A stretch of 64,000 nucleotides of DNA from contig OZ252149.1 of NCBI GenBank assembly GCA_965248755.1, positions 2,240,001-2,304,000 on the forward strand, in the 5' to 3' direction. Made by a program: the position numbers and the translations under genes. This document shows positions 58,692 to 64,000 of the stretch, in pieces; positions within the stretch are counted from its first letter, which is position 1; the number at the start of each line of letters is the position of its first letter. Source of the DNA: Candidatus Latescibacterota bacterium (GTDB taxonomy: Bacteria > Latescibacterota > CBDEFO01). Under the pieces are notes generated by a model that saw only the letters and a program-made list of their open reading frames with translations, did not search any database and was not told where the DNA came from.

Positions 58692-59259
58692 TTTCATTCC
58701 TTATCTGAGTATAAGAATAGACAGTTTTATTCACACGCTGTTTCTTTGTATTTCCTGTGACTGCCTGCTTTAGTTAGAGGGATTCTGACCGTGCAGACTG
58801 CGCCGAGCAATAGGCAGCCTCCAGAACTCCTCTTGCTGTGGCAGGGCTCCTGGAGCCGCCTACGACCCGAGTCCCTGAGGTGGAGCGATAAATGTCCCCT
58901 TTTCAGGCCTCTCGCGTCTGAGGTCTTTGCTATTTTCACTTTTGGTTAGATTATCCATCTCCTTCTCCTTGTGGTCTTCTCTCTCTCCTTAAGGAAGTAT
59001 GTCCGTAATATAGCGTTTACGGACATACTTAAGCCTTCAGCTCCGGGGAGGGATTGAAAAAATACTTGAGGCTCCCCTCAGATACATACCACTTAGTCCC
59101 TATCTTTTGTCCCTTGATCCTACTTTGTTGAATATACCTGCGAAGGGTAACGGGGTTATGTCGAAAATCTTAGAGAGCTCCAAGATTGAATAGAGCTTCA
59201 TTTCTCCTACCGTGATCGGCATAGTTACTCATCTCGCTTTATCACATGGCTTCTGGGGT

Positions 59260-59598
59260 TCACCGCATCAATATCAGCTTCCGCGTCAGCGCAATTCCAT
59301 CCGCCTCCATCCGATAGAGATAGTATCCGCTGGCAAGGCTCTTTTCATTGTCATCTTTGCCATCCCACACTACAGAATAGCTACCGGCTGGTCTGTGTCC
59401 ACCCACTAACGTTACTACCTTCTGCCCGATTAGATTGAAGACAGATATATTGATGTGGCCTCCAACAGGAAGATCGTAATGGATCACAGTCTCAGGATTG
59501 AACGGATTGGAGTAGTTATGACTGAGCCGATACACTGTGGGTGGCTCAGACTCAACTCCCTCGATGCGTACCGGTATCCTCCCTTCGTTCAGCGACAC
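59260..59598 (-). pseudogene. Orphan FlgD-Ig / secretion-tail C-terminal domain
   Basis: NY.NPFNPET.I.Y.LP...VFNLIGQKV..L...WDGKD....ASG.Y.YR; no upstream cargo domain or signal peptide. Confidence 0.75.
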
Positions 59599-59685
59599 GC
59601 TCCAGCCTCAGGGTTCTCAGGAGGAGATGACTCAGGAGACGACCACCGTAGAACATTATGGAGAAGTGTACCCCCTCATATACCA

Positions 59686-61114
59686 TCAGGACACCGGAGG
59701 CCTGCGCTGTATCCATGGCCTCGCGCGCTCAAAGGCGGCCGACGCGGCCAGGACCGTCTCCTCGCCAGCCTTTCTCCCCACGATGTGAAGACCGATGGGC
59801 AGGCCGTCACATGAGAAGCCTGCGGGGACGGTGGCGGCGGTGTGTCCGATAATGTTGATTGGTAATGTGAACGCGCCGTTCCAGTACTGGTCGGGGTAGG
59901 CTGTTTTACCCGACATTTGACCAGGAAACTCGCCATTGGGGAAGGCCGGGAAGCACGCTGTCGGCGAAAGCAAGAGGTAGTATTTCTCGAACAGGTCGGT
60001 CATACGGGCTTTCAAACGGTCGATCAGACCGAGCGTTCTGGCGTATTCGGCCGCAGTTACCTGTGCTCCCCGTTCAATGAAGAACCGGGCAAAATCGGTC
60101 AATTGGTCTCTGTGCATCTCCAGATACGCGCCGTAGACGGCATACGAGTCCGCTGCTAGAATGGTCCCGAAGGTGTCGTATGGAGGGTCCAACACCAGGT
60201 CTGACTCCTCGACGTGGCAGCCCAGTTCCTCGAACACTTGGCCCGCCGTCAAGGTTACGTCCAAAACCTCGGGGTCCACATCCGCAAACCCGAAGTCCGG
60301 GCTCCAGGCGATGCGCAGACCCGCGATCTCCTGGTCTACTGCGGCGACGAAATCGGGTGGAACTTCCCGGAGTGAAATGGGGTCTCTCGGGTCGTACCCG
60401 GCAAGAGTCTGGAGCAGTAGGGCCGAGTCCCGCACGGTGCGGCTAAGGGGCCCGTTCTGGGAGAATATGTTGGGCATCGGATGGCCTTCCTGGCCAGTGT
60501 AGCCTGATACTCTGCCCTGTGTGGGCTTGATACCGTAGATGCCGCAGAAGTTGGCAGGTATGCGGATGGACCCTCCACACCATCACTACCGGTGGCCAGG
60601 GGACACAAGTAGGCGGCCACCGCCGCCGCACTGCCGCCGCTGGGGACCCTCCCGGCGTATAAGCTGGTGTTCCAGGGGTTGCATCCAGGGTCGCCCAGTC
60701 GGTTCTCACTGGTGCCGACCATGCCGAACTCCGGAACGTTGGTTTTGCCCAAGATGATGGCCCCGGCATCCCGTACCCGCTCCACCACGGCTGCATCCCT
60801 CTCCGGTATCCGGTCCTTGAAGACCAGCGAGCCCGAGGTCGTCCGTACACCCCTGGTCATTTGAGTGTCCTTGATCGAGATGGGCAGTCCGTGTAGCGCC
60901 CCCAGCTCGTCACCGCGGATTACCGTCTCCTCAGCAGCCTTGGCCGTCTCCATCGCCTCGTCGTGGGTCAAGAGAAGGAACGAGTTCAGCTGTGAGTCCA
61001 GTCTATCGATGCGTCTGAAGTACAGCTCAGTCAACTCCACCGGGGAAATCTGTTTTGTTGAGATAAGCTCCAAGAGATCGGTCGCTGAAACGAAAGCAAC
61101 TCTTCGTTTACCAT
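59686..61114 (-). pseudogene. Amidase (GatA-like signature family), frameshifted
   Basis: GALHGLPISIKD, GKTN.PEF, broken GGSSGG and GSDGGGS motifs, GLPIGL; ATG 61114 with GAGGAG; at least three indels. Confidence 0.88.
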
Positions 61115-61421
61115 GATATCTCCTCTCTTCACGTTTGGTGGAGGCATCTACGTCGTCGATGACAGCGAGTGTATCCACCTCAAAGGCTTTGGCCACCTGG
61201 CGCAAAACCGGGGACTTCCTGAACGGCATCGTGCCTTCGTACGGAGTCCCAGTGACGGTTGTTGCGCTGAAGCTCTTATCCTGGCGGACGCTCACGGCAA
61301 GCTCCGGCGTCCCGGCCGGGTTGGCGGGATTGCTGCACGGCGCATCGTGACAGGCACCCAGTACGGCATTAATATGTCGGCCTTGCTGTAGACTTTAATA
61401 GGCAGGTGGAGGCCGGCCTTC

Positions 61422-62426
61422 TCACGGCTGTGCAGCCTTGGTCCGCCCGTCCGTCAACCCTTTGTCGTAGCTCGGCCGAAGCAGCTCCGTGAGGACAGCT
61501 GGGAGTTCGCCCCGCTGCGCCTTCAGAGCCCATACCGGCGGGACGGAGTGCGGTGGCTGGGCGTGACCGCTCATGCCGTCCACTTTCTTGTAGCAGTAGA
61601 GCGAGCACCAGCGGGTAGGCCAGCCCAAGGCTTTGGGAGCCACCGCATGCGCGGCGTGCGACAGGCAGCAGACGACCGAGCCCGGCTCAAGCGAGAGGTG
61701 TTCAATTTGAAGCGGCTCGGATGTGACGGGATGCACCCGCCCAGCCAGCCAGCCCCGCCGCATCTCTTCGTCGTCGGCAGCCCGGCACCCCGCCGGATCG
61801 CGAAAGAGATGGCTGCCCCGAACGATTTTCAAGCCCCCGTCTAAGCCGGCTTCGAAGCCTTGAGGGTAACAGAGCGTGAGGTTTGAATTCGACTGCGCCT
61901 GGTACTCCGACAAGGAAGCGACGCCGCAGTTGTCCGTCCCACCGCCGATTTTGTGACTGTGCCATGCGCCGCCAGGATAGCCGGCCGGCCTCATCAACAG
62001 CTGGTTGTAGTCGAAATAGATGTCGTTGCAGCCGAGGCACATCCGCTGCAGTTGGTGCATCTGTGGGTGTATGAGCACGTTCATAAAGAACTCGACGTGC
62101 CCCGCCGGGAAATACTCGGCGAAAACACTGGGCTGCCGTAGCGTCTTCACACCCGCATTATCGTCCGACTGCGGCACCCTCTGGCTTCCTCCGAGCGCGT
62201 TGTTGATCTCATCTGCGGTGAGAGATTTTGTCGGCGGCGTTCGGCCGAGGCCATGCCAGTCGATCTCCCCCCAGTCCGACGTCAGCAGCGTGTCGTTGAG
62301 CTGCTGGCCGTATTTCAGCGCTGCCATCCACTCCTAGACGGCTTTCGGTGTCATGACCCCTCTAAGGACAGCGTATCCATCCCTGAGAAAGCTTGCGTGG
62401 TCGAATTGCGCAGCAACCGCCGACAT
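61422..62426 (-). pseudogene. PhyH-like dioxygenase interrupted by one in-frame TAG (62334-62336)
   Basis: FD.ASFLRDGYAVLRGVM in frame with the downstream part (WHSH, GLKIVRGSH, PGSVV, HAV). Confidence 0.75.
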
Positions 62427-63152
62427 GTCGAATATATCCTCGTGATTCGCTTCTAACCGGTCCCAGTCGTTGCGAGACCACTGCACGGGGGATTGCTCGT
62501 TGGCCAAAAAGCCTGGGCGGGTGGCCTGCGCGAGTTCGCTGCTTGGGCGCAGCAGAAGCCTGGCTAACGTCGGGTCTAACACTTCGGGGGCGAGAAGCGG
62601 GTTCTGTGGCATTGCGGGAGCACGTTTAGGACACGATACACTTTCCTTCATAGCAGGACTCTCTTCTTTCGAGCTGGCAGTCACTTTTGTCTAACGACTT
62701 ATATAACGAACTTTTTCTTGACTTGTAACGGCTGATAATCGAAATATTTCGTTTAAGTTTAACACTGACGTGAACCCCAAAGACTGGACAAATGACTTAG
62801 CAAGTTTTATAATCATGTAAGAGTTCAAACTCGAGTGTGTACTGGATGTGTTGATTGGGTCGGGTATTCGAAGGCCAGTGGGAGGGAAAACAAAGCAATG
62901 TTGGTCTTTGGCACAGAGGGGTGTGTGTACGAACTTCGGTATTACACCGAAATGGATAAATTGTAAAACTATCCAAGTGCACCTTTTAGACTGCTCTAAG
63001 CTCCTAATCCTGCCAGTTAAAAATGACGCCCAACATCGACTTCTCCCGGCGGTAGGCCATCTCGGTATAGTGGAAGCGGTGTGTGATCAAGCGTATGGGC
63101 TCCAGGCGATCCTCTTCCAGCCTGGCTCTTGACGCTACTTGTCACCGTCCAG

Positions 63153-64000
63153 TTATCTGTTCTGCAGGATGATCGGCTGGCTTTCCACCTCTGAGAACGA
63201 AACCGATGTTTCTAATGTCTCGTATTGACCGCTGTACCGCTTGTAGGCTCGCAAGGTCACCTGCTCCGGCGCGGGCGCTTCGACCGACCAGTGAAAGAAT
63301 CCGCGGGGGTCGGTGTGGCAGTGCCAGAGATTCAGCAAGACGCAGACGCCGCCGATAGTTTTACCGCGCTCATCCACGACCTTTCCGCGCACGAGCCGCC
63401 CCGGCTTGAGCCTGAAGTCCTGCGGCCTGGCTTCTGGCTCTACCTTGATGTGACGTTGCTCTGGGGCGAAACCCTCGGCTTCAACGGTCAGGACATATTC
63501 GCCGAGTTTGACGGACTCGAACCGTAACTCTCCCTCAGCATCCGTCTGCACTGTTGGATAGCCGTTCTCCTTTCGGATAGATCTGTATCCCAGTGCCGGA
63601 GAGCCGATGGTAAGTGGGGTTGCTTTCCAGGGTCCCAATTTGGTGGGGTGCTCCAGCCAATCGTCGGCCGTATATCGGTTGGGGCCTAGTTCGAACCAAG
63701 GCGCCCGCCACCTGCGCAAGTCCTTCACCCGCCACTCGGCCGGTCAGAGTGACGTGCGCAGGCGAGACCATGATCCTTTCAACAGATAGCGGCCACACCT
63801 TCACACCGTCCTTGTCGCTTCCGATAGCGACCAACTTGTTGGGGCCGACTTTGATCATATCAAACTGACCCGTAATGAAAGGATCGGGCAGATGGGAAAA
63901 GCTGACGCGGTCGCGCCATGTACGCCCGTCGTCCGTGCTGAAGGCGATATGAAACCCCGGCCGACCGTATTGACAGGCCACCACACCGTTGTCCAGCGCG
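63153..64000 (-). pseudogene. 3' part of a BNR/sialidase-repeat protein with carboxypeptidase-regulatory-like domains, frameshifted near 63700-63740
   Basis: FSTDDGRTW Asp-box; LTGRV, TDAEG, GEYVLTVEAEGFAP, VRGKVVDE.G in two frames; runs off the window. Confidence 0.75.

Noticed and set aside
28378..62336. In-frame TAG codons in several broken genes suggesting amber recoding or pyrrolysine
   Set aside because: Intact core genes (leuD, leuB, cimA, aspC) end in TAG, most of the affected genes also carry frameshifts, and no pyl genes are present.

Overview
Bacterial chromosomal window. The FlgD-Ig/secretion tail, the FG-GAP + EF-hand/dockerin-like relic and the surA-prsA-mfd synteny point to an FCB-superphylum lineage such as Latescibacterota or KSB1 (inference). 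Positions 1-27.3 kb are housekeeping: leuC-leuD-leuB-cimA, two class I/II aminotransferases and argJ on the plus strand, then a long minus-strand run mfd-prsA-surA-S4-methyltransferase-[nuclease fusion]-ftsE-ftsX-envC-5FCL-uppS-cdsA-dxr-rseP. Positions 27.4-54.3 kb are an accessory mosaic ending at tRNA-Val(TAC): catabolic/glycan enzymes, a tandem Nif3 duplication, an HD-GYP gene, pseudogenes and relics of an integrative element. Positions 54.8-64 kb hold a DSD1-family enzyme, a lipoprotein with three near-identical 294-bp Spy/CpxP-like repeats, a Spy homolog and several broken genes. The most unusual observations are: (1) an intact REC + HARE-HTH + PD-(D/E)xK endonuclease + DnaX-C-like fusion inside the housekeeping run; (2) a 21-bp self-nesting palindrome (5 copies), one cluster of which is translated in frame inside LeuD, within a wider set of nested micro-repeats; (3) a ~100-bp repeat whose core is inverted between its two copies; (4) a degenerate histidine-kinase ATPase domain inserted in RseP. 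No CRISPR array, rRNA, reverse transcriptase, or intact integrase/transposase was seen. All family calls are by motif recognition only; no searches were run.
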